A stretch of 64,000 bases of DNA, taken from assembly GCA_904063045.1 (NCBI GenBank), contig CAJFCJ010000006.1:4046408-4110407 (forward strand). The letters are read 5' to 3'. Below the pieces are notes generated by a model. That model did no database searches. It saw only the letters and a program-made list of their open reading frames with translations, and was not told the DNA's origin. Origin of the DNA: Dimorphilus gyrociliatus (lineage: Eukaryota > Animalia > Annelida). The position numbers and the translations under genes are program-made. Below are positions 27,315 to 38,943 of this stretch, piece by piece (position 1 is the first letter of the stretch; each line of letters opens with the position of its first letter).

Positions 27315-28230
27315 CGGACTCCATTTTTTTTCTAACAAGCGATATGATTGGCTCAAAATTAAAATTCGTCGAAAGTATAGCAGCATGTTCAAACTTTTAC
27401 CAAAATATTTTTACAAGGCTTTAAAATTTAAATAAAATAAATACTGTTATTGCCAAAAAGTTTTATGCTAACAAATATTTGATAATCTTTGAGGTACAAA
27501 TTTTATACTTTAGCCAATGAACGTTGAGATAACAAAAATTTTTGTGACTGGTATATCTAAACCAAGTCAGTAATAGTAATTTCCGCAATTCGAAATTCAA
27601 ATTTTAACGGGAGTAAGTTACCATATTTGTAAATGTTTCTTGATTAACTTTCATTATATAATTCATTTCAATTGCTAAAACAATTTTAACCCCAAAATGG
27701 ATCTAATTTGTATAATTGTTTACCTAGATGTTTAATATAATTTTTTTTCGAGGTTTTCTTACACTTTTAAGTATAAAAATAAGTTTTAACAGTAATTTAA
27801 AGATACTTTTGTTTAACTTTTCATGATTTTAAACTGACTAATAGAAATGTGCACTCGTTTTTATAAAACTTTTGCATATAGTTCTAGTATTACTCAAGGA
27901 TGACATTGAAAAAGTTTATTTAATAATCAGTATTAACTGTTTTACATAACAACTTAGAAGTTTCGTGTTTTATTTTTTTGCGATATTTTGCTTTCTTTTG
28001 AAAATCTAATTAAATGCGTAGTTAAGAAAAACGAGGAAATATCGTTTATTTCAATATACAGTCTGATATTTTACCTACTTAACAATTTTAGATACTTAAA
28101 AAATTCCTATTAATACTTAACTATAATTTAAAATATATGTACGAAACAAATATGTAAATAACAATATTTATGAAACTTCGGCAACCATTCATCAGTCCGT
28201 GTTCTAGCATTACCGCGGATAGCGTCAAGA

Positions 28231-28391
28231 AACTCGCGCCGTTGAATTTATTGAGTGATTATAGACGGAAATTCGCCTATATGCAGTCAATACGTAATGT
28301 AGTTTGAGTAAGTAAATTAACGGCAATTTTCATTCTTATTGCATCTCTATTAACGCGTGTAGTTGATAAAATATTTTCCAAATTTCGCGCC
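28231..28391 (+). promoter_or_regulatory. E2F-type sites in the PDS5 promoter
   Basis: TTTCGCGCC at 28383-28391 and ACTCGCGCC near 28232-28240, within 300 nt of the ATG; consistent with a cell-cycle gene. Confidence 0.5.
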
Positions 28392-28510
28392 ACGGAGAGC
28401 GATAAAGGCAATATGGCGTCTTACAGTTCGGTGCACTTTGTAATCAAGATTGATGCTTTAAAAGAGGTTATATTACACATTTTAGATGATAATAACTAAT
28501 TAAACGGAAG

Positions 28511-31500
28511 ATGAGTGCGACATTCTCGATAAAATATCCCGAAGGATGCAAAGAAATAAGTGATGATTTGAGCGAAGAAGAACTTCATCGAAGACTTAAA
28601 GTATTTAAGCAAATTTAGCATCTGTTTGTGTCGATGTATATAGTGAACATTTTGTTAGGTACTGGCGAAAGCCTTGCAAGATTTTGGAGAGCAAGAAGAC
28701 GAAAATGCACCCGCCGACGCACAAATGTTCGATGGCCTGGCTGAACATCTAGCTAGTGAATGTTTCCTGTCTCACCGGAGTAGAGATATACGTATATATG
28801 TTGCTTGTAGTGTTGCCGACATCCTAAGAATCAGTGCTCCAAATAATCCTCTAAAAGATGTCAGAGTTATAATGGTATGTAATTACATTTTTTTGGTAAT
28901 CAACAAGTAGACGTTCTATTTATTCTAAAGGATGTATTTAACTTCTTTGTGAGAGAATTGAAAGGTTTAGCTGATGTTAATGGACCGAATTACAAAAGAT
29001 ACTTTTATTTACTTGAAGTAAGAACAATAGTTTTAATGACTATCTATTTATTACTGATATTATAATTAAAGGAAATCACTTGGTCCGGTGCAATGAATAT
29101 TTTACATGAATACGATGGCTGTATACCAATTTTTTGTAATCTTCTGAAATTCGTTTTTCAGTGCATTTCGTAAGTTATTCACATTTGTATATTACAACGG
29201 AATCTCAGTGATATTAACACTTCAGAAGCCAACATAGTAAACAAATGACAACTCTATTTATTGAATTATGTGGTACAATACTAAATGAATTTGATACCAT
29301 TCCTCCTGAAATTATTGATATAATCCTTACACGATTGGTGGAACCCAATAAGGTTTTTCATCATCATTACAATATTTATTTTTTAGAAAGAAATTAATTT
29401 TGATATAATTTACAGAGTAATGCCCCTCTGTCATATAATATAGCAAAAAGTGTCGTAACTAAATGTGATGATATCTTATCAAGATCATTGGTTCAGGTAT
29501 TCTAATTTATTTTAATTTTTGTACGGCTTTAAAAAGTAAATTTATTACAGTATTATACGAATATCATTTTGTTGGGAAAGAAAGCGAATTTAGAACTTGG
29601 AGAGAAATATTACGAAGCATTCTACCAGTTATTTTCCATATCCCCTAACGTTGTTCAATTAGCCTTATCTCAGTTTGAATTTAAGCTAAAGGTAATCACG
29701 TTTGTTATATGAAAACAGATAAATTTATCGCATTATTACCTGTGTTTTGTTAGAGCACGGATGACTCAGACAGAAAAAAAGCTACTCAACTGTTACTTCG
29801 AATTTTTTCCTCGAATAGCTATGACGAGACTGAAAATCACAAAAATCTTTGGTTTACACTTCTAGGAAGGTAAAAACGGTTCTATCTAATTTTCTTGTTT
29901 ACTTATTAGAATATTGTCCTATGACGAAAAGTTATAGATCGAGAGACGGGGTTGCCTTTTTCTCAACTAGTATTCATCTCATATCATTTTCTTTTTTCAT
30001 TTTTCATTTCTAAGTATTAGTTGAGGATAACGGCAACTAGTGGTCTTTGTGAGTGTGAGATTATGAGATCTGAGGACAATTAAAAGTTTTAATCCTAATA
30101 TTTCTGTTTCTTTATAATCCCCACAACTTATCACCATGATAATAAATAAATCCATATATAGGTTTAACGACAAGGAAGTTGCTATTAGAAAACTATGCTC
30201 TCAATTTGCTCAAGAGTTCATCCTAAATAAACCAGATCTTATCGATGAAATAACTGATCATCTATCTCAGAGAGTCCTTGACACTGACGAAACAGTTAGA
30301 TATGAAACAGTGGCGGCGATCATATCAGCAGCCCGGAAAGATATTAAAAAAGTCAGCGACGAGCTCCTTGTTTTAGTTAAAGAGAGAACTCTAGACAAAA
30401 AAGTTTGTAAATACTTTTAATATAGTTCTGTTTATTTTTACAAATTAATTCACAGATGAAAATTAGACGAGAAGCGCTAATGGGTCTCGCACAATTATAT
30501 AAGGCATCATGGAATAGTAATGATTCTGAGTCTATTGAAAGATTATCATGGATAAAGCAGAGAGTTTTATACTCGTACTATCAGCAGCTAAACGACGACA
30601 AAATTTTAGTTGAAAGAGCTTTTCAAGGGCATTTAGTTCCCTACAACTTAGATGTGCCAGAGAAAGCTAGAAGATTATATATTCTTTATGCAACAGTTGA
30701 CGAAAGAGCTATTAAGTATGCAAAATAGATTTATTCTAAAAATTTTAAATAAACAAGTGTTACTTTGGCTACAGAGTTTTGAATGAAATTTTTCGAACCC
30801 AAAAGAAATTTCGAGATTTCACCAGTCAAATTCTAGACTTATTGAAGAATGGCTTAAAAACCGAAAGAATACAGCATGAAGTGAATTCCAGATTACAAAC
30901 TTTGAGTAGTGAGTACACTAAACCTTTATCTCTAGAAAAAAACTAGCTTTATTTTGCTATATTAGATCAACTCCCTGAACCGACCAAAACTTTAGATTAC
31001 TTGAAAAAATTAGTTAAAATGATTGAAGCTGACAACCGATTACGAAATTGCATAACCAAGCTGCTTGATGATGACTGCAGTTGCAAGAAGAGTGAAGAAT
31101 ATACGGTAAGAAAGCGTTATTTTAAACAGTTTAGTATTTACTTTTTCAATCAACAGAGAGAGATCCTGAAAAAAATGGGCAATGCTGTTCCAAATAATCA
31201 TTTATACAATTATATTAGGGTATGTTAAAAATAGGCATACTGATTTCGACTGTAACATGTTCTTAACATTAGAATTTCGTTGAACGAATTGCTTCGTTGA
31301 TGATCGATGCGACAGTTATGAAAGAATTATTCACTTTGGTGGACGATGCTATCAACGGCACTGGTGATGCTCTGGAGGGAGTTAAAGATGCTGCAAAATC
31401 GGGAATACAGTTACTTCAAGTAATTCAATTATCTAATATAAAAGCATTTTTACATCTTCTATTTCTTTTTTACAGACTTTAGCACCAGTTTTTCCTCATT

Positions 31501-34500
31501 GTTTCAAAAACGAAGAAGTTCTTGAGTTTCTCACAACTTTTGTAGAAAACGAAGATGATGATATAGGTTTGTTTATTCGTGTTTCATATTCATTATGCTG
31601 ATTTCTCAATTTTACTACAGCTTGCACGACTTTACAAATTTTCTGGGACATTGGTTCTGATTTGCAAAAGAAATTCCCAACTGTTTTTCGAGATCTCTTA
31701 CCCATATTGCAAAGATTTGCCAAGTGTGGAACTGCGAAACAAGCAAAATACGCCGTGAAGTGTATTGAAAAAATGGACAAAAATAATAAGTCAAAACTTT
31801 ACGCCCCAATATTCGATGTAAGTATTTTTTTCACTTTGAGCTTGAATTACTTAATTCACTATATACAAACACAATTTTTTTTATAGCACATCGAAAAACA
31901 TCTAGATGTTGAATCTTCATCATTTTTGGTGTCAATTGTTGTCATGGGACATGTAAGTCGCATTTGTCCAGAAGAATATTCAGGAAGAGCTAGAAAAGTA
32001 GTTGTTGATGTTATCGTTAAGGATCTTTTAATGGTTGATCGAGTAAGTTAGATATTTATTATACATTTTAGATATAAAAACTTCTTTTGTTTTTAGAGCA
32101 ATGGACGACATTCCAATGAAAATTGGTATAGCGATAATCTTGTGTCCTACGAGACATTGTGCAAGGTATAAAGAATTTTCTATCCGTATAAAACATTGTC
32201 CAATGATGAAAATTATTAAGCGAGAGACGGGGTTACCTATCAACAACTAATATTCACGTCATATCATCTACATATTTCATCTATCATTTCACAGTATTAG
32301 TTGTCTGATATGGTAGCTTGTGGTCTTTATGAGTTATGAGATTATGAGATCTGAGGACTTTTCTATGAAAATTTTTTTCTTTATCAAAATTGCCAAATAC
32401 TTCAATATCCTATTTAAACAGATGGAAGGGATGAAGATGATGGTAAGATGGCTGCAAGGAAAACAATCTGATAAGAGCAACATAGCCACAAGCACTCTAC
32501 GCTTATTATTCACTGTTATCAAACACGACGGAGACTTGATGGAGAAAAAGAAAATAAAGTGAGACACAGAAATATATATACAATTCTTCTTACTCAAACA
32601 TTAATGTCGCAAATTTTTCTTAGTAAACCGGAAATGGCTAGATTACGATTGCAAGCTGGCTGTTGTATACTAAAGATAGCAGAAGAGAGGAATTACTACG
32701 AATTAGTTAGCAACAGTTATTTCAACATGATTGCATTTCTATTGAACGTTTGTACACTCATATGATCATTTGTAGCAATTTTTTCTATCTTTTAATGCTT
32801 TCAGGATACTTGTCCAGAGGTGAGAAAAATATTTGCAGACAAACTTTTTAAAGGACTCTTTTCCTTGAAACTACCTTTGGCGTACATGGCGATTTTCTGT
32901 CTCGGAGCAAATGAACCAGATAAGGACATTAAGACACAAATTAAGACATATTTACACAATTGTATAATGAAACGACGAACCCTTATGAAAAGTAAAACAA
33001 CTGGAAGTCAAGCTATTGTTTTCCAATTGCTTCCGGATTATGTTTTGCCTTATGTTATACATCTTTTAGCTCACGATGGTGACCTATTAGACAATGAAGA
33101 TGTAGAAAGTTTAAAAAATACTAAAGAGTAACTATATAACATTCATATTTTTCTTATTAATAATATAATATCTTACAGATGTTTATGGTTTATAATGGAA
33201 CCATTGATTATGAAAAATGACCAGTATAGTTCTGCCTTCTATAGGCAAATGATTGAACAAATAAAAACATGTAAAGATGCAAATGACCCTGAGAACGAAA
33301 CTTTGAACAAAGTATGTTGAACTTGTGAATTCCACGCGAAAAACTGAAACTAATCGATCTATTTTCAGAAAATATACGCAGTGTGTGATTTGGCGATGAA
33401 TATAATTTTAACAAAACCCACAACGGTAGACATAAGAGAATTTCCTGCAGAACCTCTTCTCCCTTCAAAATTATTTCAAAAACCAGATGTCGTAAGTAAA
33501 ATTGTATAAATTATTCGTAAACGTTATAAACATTTCTTATCCAATTTTTCAGCCGACTACAAATACAACTATTTATCTACCAAAGGAGCTGCAGATCTCA
33601 TCTAAACAAATAAGCAGACGTCACAAAACTGAGGCTAAGGAAGAAGTTAAAGTAAATGGTGATAGTGAACCAAAGGCAAAGAAACGCTTGTCAGACGATA
33701 GTGCACCAGATGTCAAGAGACAAAAGAAGGATGACTGGAAACCAGTAGACTCTAGTTCAGAAGAGGTTGCTGAAGGGGAAGATGATGTAGAGCATTATAC
33801 TCCTCGACCCACAAGAAGTGGTAGGCAAAAATCAAAAGAAATAAAAACTCCTGCCTTGGGTAAAGATTATTCTGAAGAAGACAATGAAGAGGAGGAAGAG
33901 GAAGAGGAGGAGGAAGAGATAGAGGAAATAGAGGAGGAAAGCGTTATTGAAGAAAAACCCGCACCCAAACCTCGTAGAGGGCGAACAAGGAAAGCATCTG
34001 ATACACCTGTTAAAGGTCAGCGGGGGAAACGTCGGAAAAAAGAAGTTGTTAATGAACCAGAGAAAGAGGAAGATGATGATAAGGCAACCGATGGGGACAT
34101 TGATTCTGACGAAGACATTGACAAGAAGGCTTCAGATGAGGAAAACGATGCACGAGGCAGACGAGGCTCACGAGGGAGAGGACGAATAGCTAACGCCGCA
34201 AGAAAGAAGTCAACACCAGTTAAAAAGGATAAACAAACGAAAAGGTAAATATAATTCTTTGAGCTGTCTTACATAGTGTAACAACAATGTTTTTTAAAGG
34301 TCAAAAAGAGTACAAAGACAGAAATCTTCCTCCCAAGATCTTGATCAATCAACATCTGTTGAGTCTAGTCCTGAAAAACCAACTAGACACAGGAAAGTGG
34401 GAAGGCCAAAAAATCCACTTATTTCCAACTCAAAAACGACGCCATCTGAAAGAAACGCCGTGACTTCGCCAGTAAGGTAAAGAAAGAGATCAAATAATTA

Positions 34501-34923
34501 GCATTTCTATATTTAATTTTCAATGTAAAAATGTTTATAGTAGGAGCAGCCAAGAATCTCATGATTCTCTGCTGAGGCAATCATCTAGGCGACGGCAAGT
34601 GACAGAAAGAATGGATCAGTATATGAGGAAGAGAACACCATCTGCTTCACCTATAAAATCTAATGCGTCTCCAAGTCCAGTAAAAGGTTCAAGGATTACT
34701 AGGTAATTTATTTGGTAAAATAGACTAATTTCGAGAAAATAATGTAATATTGTTTTAGGTCATCTGTGAGTAATCAGACGCCGCCTAAAAAGAGAACAAG
34801 TGGTAGGCAAACGCAAGCAGAAACTGTAAGCTTAAACACTTTCCAATTTAATTAGCTTAAAAATTTCAACAAACTTCCCTTATTAAATAGAAACCGAAGG
34901 CTGCTGGAAAGAGAAAGCGATAG
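28511..34923 (+). CDS. PDS5: Sister chromatid cohesion protein PDS5 (HEAT repeats, acidic/basic tail with AT-hook-like RKVGRPK)
   Basis: MSATFSIKYPEGCKEISDDLSEEELHRRLK; 'VACSVADILRISAP'; 'KERTLDKK/MKIRREALMGLAQLYK'; 'LARLRLQAGCCILKIA'; 'LLPDYVLPYVIHLLAHD'. More than 20 short introns. Confidence 0.96.
29913..30080 (+). ncRNA. Box C/D guide RNA, SNORD97/SNORD133-like, predicted guide for tRNA-Met(CAU) Cm34; copy 1
   Basis: Lies in PDS5 intron 29870-30161. 7-bp terminal stem ATTGTCC/GGACAAT, C box ATGACGA (29921-27), D box CTGA (30070-73), 13-bp internal stem closing a pyrimidine-rich loop, guide AGATTATGAGAT (30058-69). Confidence 0.88.
32198..32358 (+). ncRNA. Box C/D guide RNA, SNORD97/SNORD133-like, predicted guide for tRNA-Met(CAU) Cm34; copy 2
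   Basis: Lies in PDS5 intron 32166-32421. Terminal stem GTCC/GGAC, perfect C box ATGATGA (32203-09), D box CTGA (32351-54), identical guide AGATTATGAGAT (32339-50), and the same hairpin with compensatory changes. Confidence 0.9.
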
Positions 34924-36227
34924 TCCCTTCAATCTGTAAATTTTCAAACATCCTACGAAACACCCAAAGAATTTATCCACCGAATCTCGCATTCCAAAAA
35001 AAGGGGACTTGGAGTGTTTGCTAAACTTTATAGTATAGATACACCATAACTTTGTGCTTCGTTTTCATATTCTGTATATTTAGCTGTATGATGCGTTATG
35101 TTTATGGAACGTCAGTGACATTTGTAAACTCTTGTAAGTAATCTAGTTCATGTATGATAAGATATACATTAGTGAACGTAAAGTGAAAGGTATTTTACTG
35201 ACAATTTTTTTCTTTAACTTTTACTATTTTTATGAGTGAATGAGTTTCATATGTATACAAGTTTTGTATTATAAATTGCATTTCATTACAACTATTACTA
35301 TCTCAACCAGATATTCAGTTGCAGTTGCATTTGCCAACAGTCAATTAATATTTTTGTAAACTATTCAAACAAACATTAACACTAATATCATAACGAAATT
35401 GTAAACAGCTTGTGTAACCATGAAGGAAATAGAAAGCAAAACCTTGAAAAAGCTATATGAAAGTCTTTGTTTTTATCACGTTAAAGCATTATAACCACAC
35501 AAAGCAAAGAAGGCACATAACGATAAAAAATAAACTTCTCTTTATATCGAAATACTTTACGTTCATTATAAATGAAATAATTAAAAATTTATGGTTCTTA
35601 GAACACTGTAGGATTATAAAAATTCCTCTATTTGAACGGAGTTCATCGCTTATCATAAAATTTCAAGTGATTAGTTGAAGAGAATCTAAAAAAAGCCTAT
35701 CTATTACCAAGACTTACAAAGTATGATAAAATTACTTAGATATTTCGACATAGGTACTAAATTTGTACTTTGTTATTCAATATTACATGTATAAGAAATT
35801 AATGGAATATTAAAAGATACTTTGAACCGTTTATCAATGAAATATTCAATTTCACAGGAAATAGTTCAAAGTAGGTGAAGTTTTAGTTCGATTAGAAACT
35901 ATACGGTAATAAGGAAAATAAGAGGGAGCGAAAAAAAGAGAGACAAATAAACAAACTAACTAGCTAGCAGCAGACGCCTTATTTTGATAATAAGATGAAG
36001 ACAAAGACTAGATGTTATATCAATAAAAAAAATAAACAAAGAAACAAATCATATCTATTCTTCCAATAGGTTTAAACAATCAAACGTAAATAGGACTAGA
36101 AGTAATAGGATTTCGGTATCATTTAAAAAAATGAAAAGAGGCTCTCGGTTAAAGGTTAAACAAGGAGTTAATTAGCGAAGAATTTCGAAATAAAGAGCAT
36201 GCTCATTTCATATAAATAACAATCCTG

Positions 36228-36250
36228 ATATATATATATATATATATATA
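36228..36250. repeat. (TA)n microsatellite in the 3' UTR region of the TMEM26-like gene
   Basis: About 11 TA units, read directly. Confidence 0.85.
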
Positions 36251-36314
36251 ATATAAAATGTAAATAAAAAACGTCTTTTGTTACCTTAATTTCTATAAAT
36301 AAAAAAAGAGTTTG

Positions 36315-37379
36315 TCACAATTTAAACGAAACTTTCTTTTTTGTAGATTTATTAACTTCTTTCTTTGTTTCATCCTCTAGTTTATCAGCACTATTTAAAT
36401 AAATAGTTTTTGTCAATTCTTGAGCTCTTTCTATATTTTCAATATCTTTATATGTATCATTTATTTTTCTTCTTATATAGACGTCTCGTTTTTCTGGTTC
36501 AAAATGATTCGTTCTACAAGTATAGCAGTCGGAAAATTTTCTCTTTATAATATCACTATCGATAATTACAACAAGTATCACCGTAATTGTAAAACCATCT
36601 TTTAAAAACCAACCATAAAACGATCCATTCATAGTACCGTTCGCCATTAGTAAACGAACCCTACAGACAATGAGAGGAACTTCTACAAAACATACAGCCG
36701 AAAAGGCGTTAACACCTTTAAAAAGTATATCGAAAGTTTCGTATGTATCCTTCGTCGTTGGGGTTAAATAAGAGCACAGAGTTACTATTGCATATGTATT
36801 TGTTAATATAGATGCTATAGCAACGATTGAACAAGTTGTTAAAACAGCATCCGAATAGGCGTAAGTCTGTTCGATTAAAGTGCATATTTCCACTTCTACA
36901 ACTAGCCAATAGCTGAAATCTAATAGAAAGGTAGATAACTCCATCTTTCGAGTTCTTCTACCCATAGCAAATAATAGTATAATAGGAAGAAGGACGGTTG
37001 CTTGTATTAGCATCAGTTTGTATCTAGAATCCATATTTGAAACGTCTGTTGCATTGAAACGAACGATATCCGATAGATTATGTAAGCGAACAACCACGTC
37101 GGGAAGGTCATTCAGGACAACAACAGGTGTAAGGGCTAAACATGCCAGAATAGGATCCGTAAGTACATATCCAGCTCTGAGTAGTCCTGCACCTTTTCTT
37201 CCTGACGAATTACTGTAGAAAGCAGTGAGAATTGGCAAAATGATGATACTGACGAAGGCGAATAGATAAAATGCCAAATGTCTTTTTATGTTTGAATATT
37301 GAGAAACGAAGCATAAAACCAAGGACCAAATCAGCATCTGCCATAAGCAGCGAGCTTTTGCGTCCGAGCTGGACAACAT
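36315..37379 (-). CDS. Multi-pass membrane protein, TMEM26/TMEM121-like; intronless CDS
   Basis: 354-aa ORF with about 7-8 hydrophobic segments. 'CFVEVPLIVCRVRLL...FLKDGF' resembles the TMEM26-family 'QDGPFLVVRL...KN' segment (recalled, not searched). Confidence 0.6.
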   Translation of the reverse strand: MLSSSDAKARCLWQMLIWSLVLCFVSQYSNIKRHLAFYLFAFVSIIILPILTAFYSNSSGRKGAGLLRAGYVLTDPILACLALTPVVVLNDLPDVVVRLHNLSDIVRFNATDVSNMDSRYKLMLIQATVLLPIILLFAMGRRTRKMELSTFLLDFSYWLVVEVEICTLIEQTYAYSDAVLTTCSIVAIASILTNTYAIVTLCSYLTPTTKDTYETFDILFKGVNAFSAVCFVEVPLIVCRVRLLMANGTMNGSFYGWFLKDGFTITVILVVIIDSDIIKRKFSDCYTCRTNHFEPEKRDVYIRRKINDTYKDIENIERAQELTKTIYLNSADKLEDETKKEVNKSTKKKVSFKL

Positions 37380-38943
37380 TTCCTTTCGAAATAGTTTTCT
37401 GTAAGTAAAAGAACGATCTATTGTCTAGGCCTATAAGGTGACTTCTACTTCAAATACTAACCTGTTTTCGAGGCACTATTTATTCTTCATATTTATAAAA
37501 ATCGCTCAATGATATACTCTCTTCGTAATCTGTCAGTTTTCAACGTGTTTTATGCGTACTTCATCAAAGATAACAGATAAAGAGAGAAATGTCAAATCGA
37601 GCAGAGTGGCTAAATTCTTTTAAAAAAAAGTTTACTTTCTGTAGCAATCTTTTTATGGAATGTTCTACGCTTGCTTGATTAGAATTAATACTAATAATGT
37701 TTCATAAGTGAAACTCGTGTGAAGTCCTGCGGTTGTTGAATATTCATTAGCAAACAATTCGTACGATACTAGCGTCATCTATAAAATTATAGTTTTTTTT
37801 AATTTGTTAATTATCTTATTGTCATTTATTTAGCTTATTCTAATAAATATTATAATTTGAGTGGTCAATTGTATTTTTTTCAATTGACTAATGACACCTG
37901 GCGGATGATTAATTCTACATCCGGTAGATACACACGGCAAAAGTTTTTAGCTGATTATTGTTAAAAATTCAGTTTTAAACGGCTCAATGTAAGTATTATT
38001 GATAATTATGTTATGTATGACAACTAGATTTATTTCATAATTTTATTAGAATTTGTAAAAAAGTTTGATCCTTAAAGTAGTTTCTAAAATCAAAGCGATT
38101 AAATAATTTATTAATTATGTAAACCGGCGCCTAAACGGTGGAAAATCGATAGATCCTAAATCATCACAATTACTCTGAAGTAGAACACTTCAAACGAGAA
38201 TGTTATTTTTATTATCAGAGTAATTTTTAACTGGAAAACATTTAAACAAAACACTTTTTCTCGTTACGTAATTAACAACAGCTTGAAAATGTTCTAACTC
38301 TATTCTGTTCTATTTTTCTTCAAGGCCTTCAATTTCTTCTTGATTTTTCTCTCAAAGAGGAACCTCATTTTCAATAGCTTTCTTCTATCTGTTTATTGTT
38401 CGGCTTTATGAACAAAGTTAGCTTTGTGCCTTTTTCTTTCAAATCAAGGGCCGCTGAGTTATAGAGGAGTGCTAGTTGTTATTCTACACGTTGTTGGCCT
38501 TTTTTTTAAAGAAAAATTTTATCTCTTTTTTAAGATCTATTTGTTAGTTGTCGGATTGACTACTCTAAATAGGTTTACTTCCAGATATTAATCTTTCCAC
38601 CGCTCTTTATGTTTATGGCTAATAATTCTAGATATAAAAAAAATTTAAATTTATTAAGAATACAGAATGCACAGCTGTTAGGCTATACTTTCCTCCGATT
38701 GTAAACTCGAGCACTGAGTAGGCGTGGTTTAGTTTATGTAAATCTATAACGATCCGTGCTGATCGGACCCTATTATTATTTATAATCGAGTAGACCGTCA
38801 GAGGGCGTGGTTGAAGTGTCGGATATCTATTTATCCATAGCAATTCATCTAGAACTTGGTGATTCGCATGAAAGCATCACTTGGAAACCTGCCAAAGAAG
38901 TTGGAATCTTTATAGGCCAATGTCGTTCGAAAAATAAACAGTA

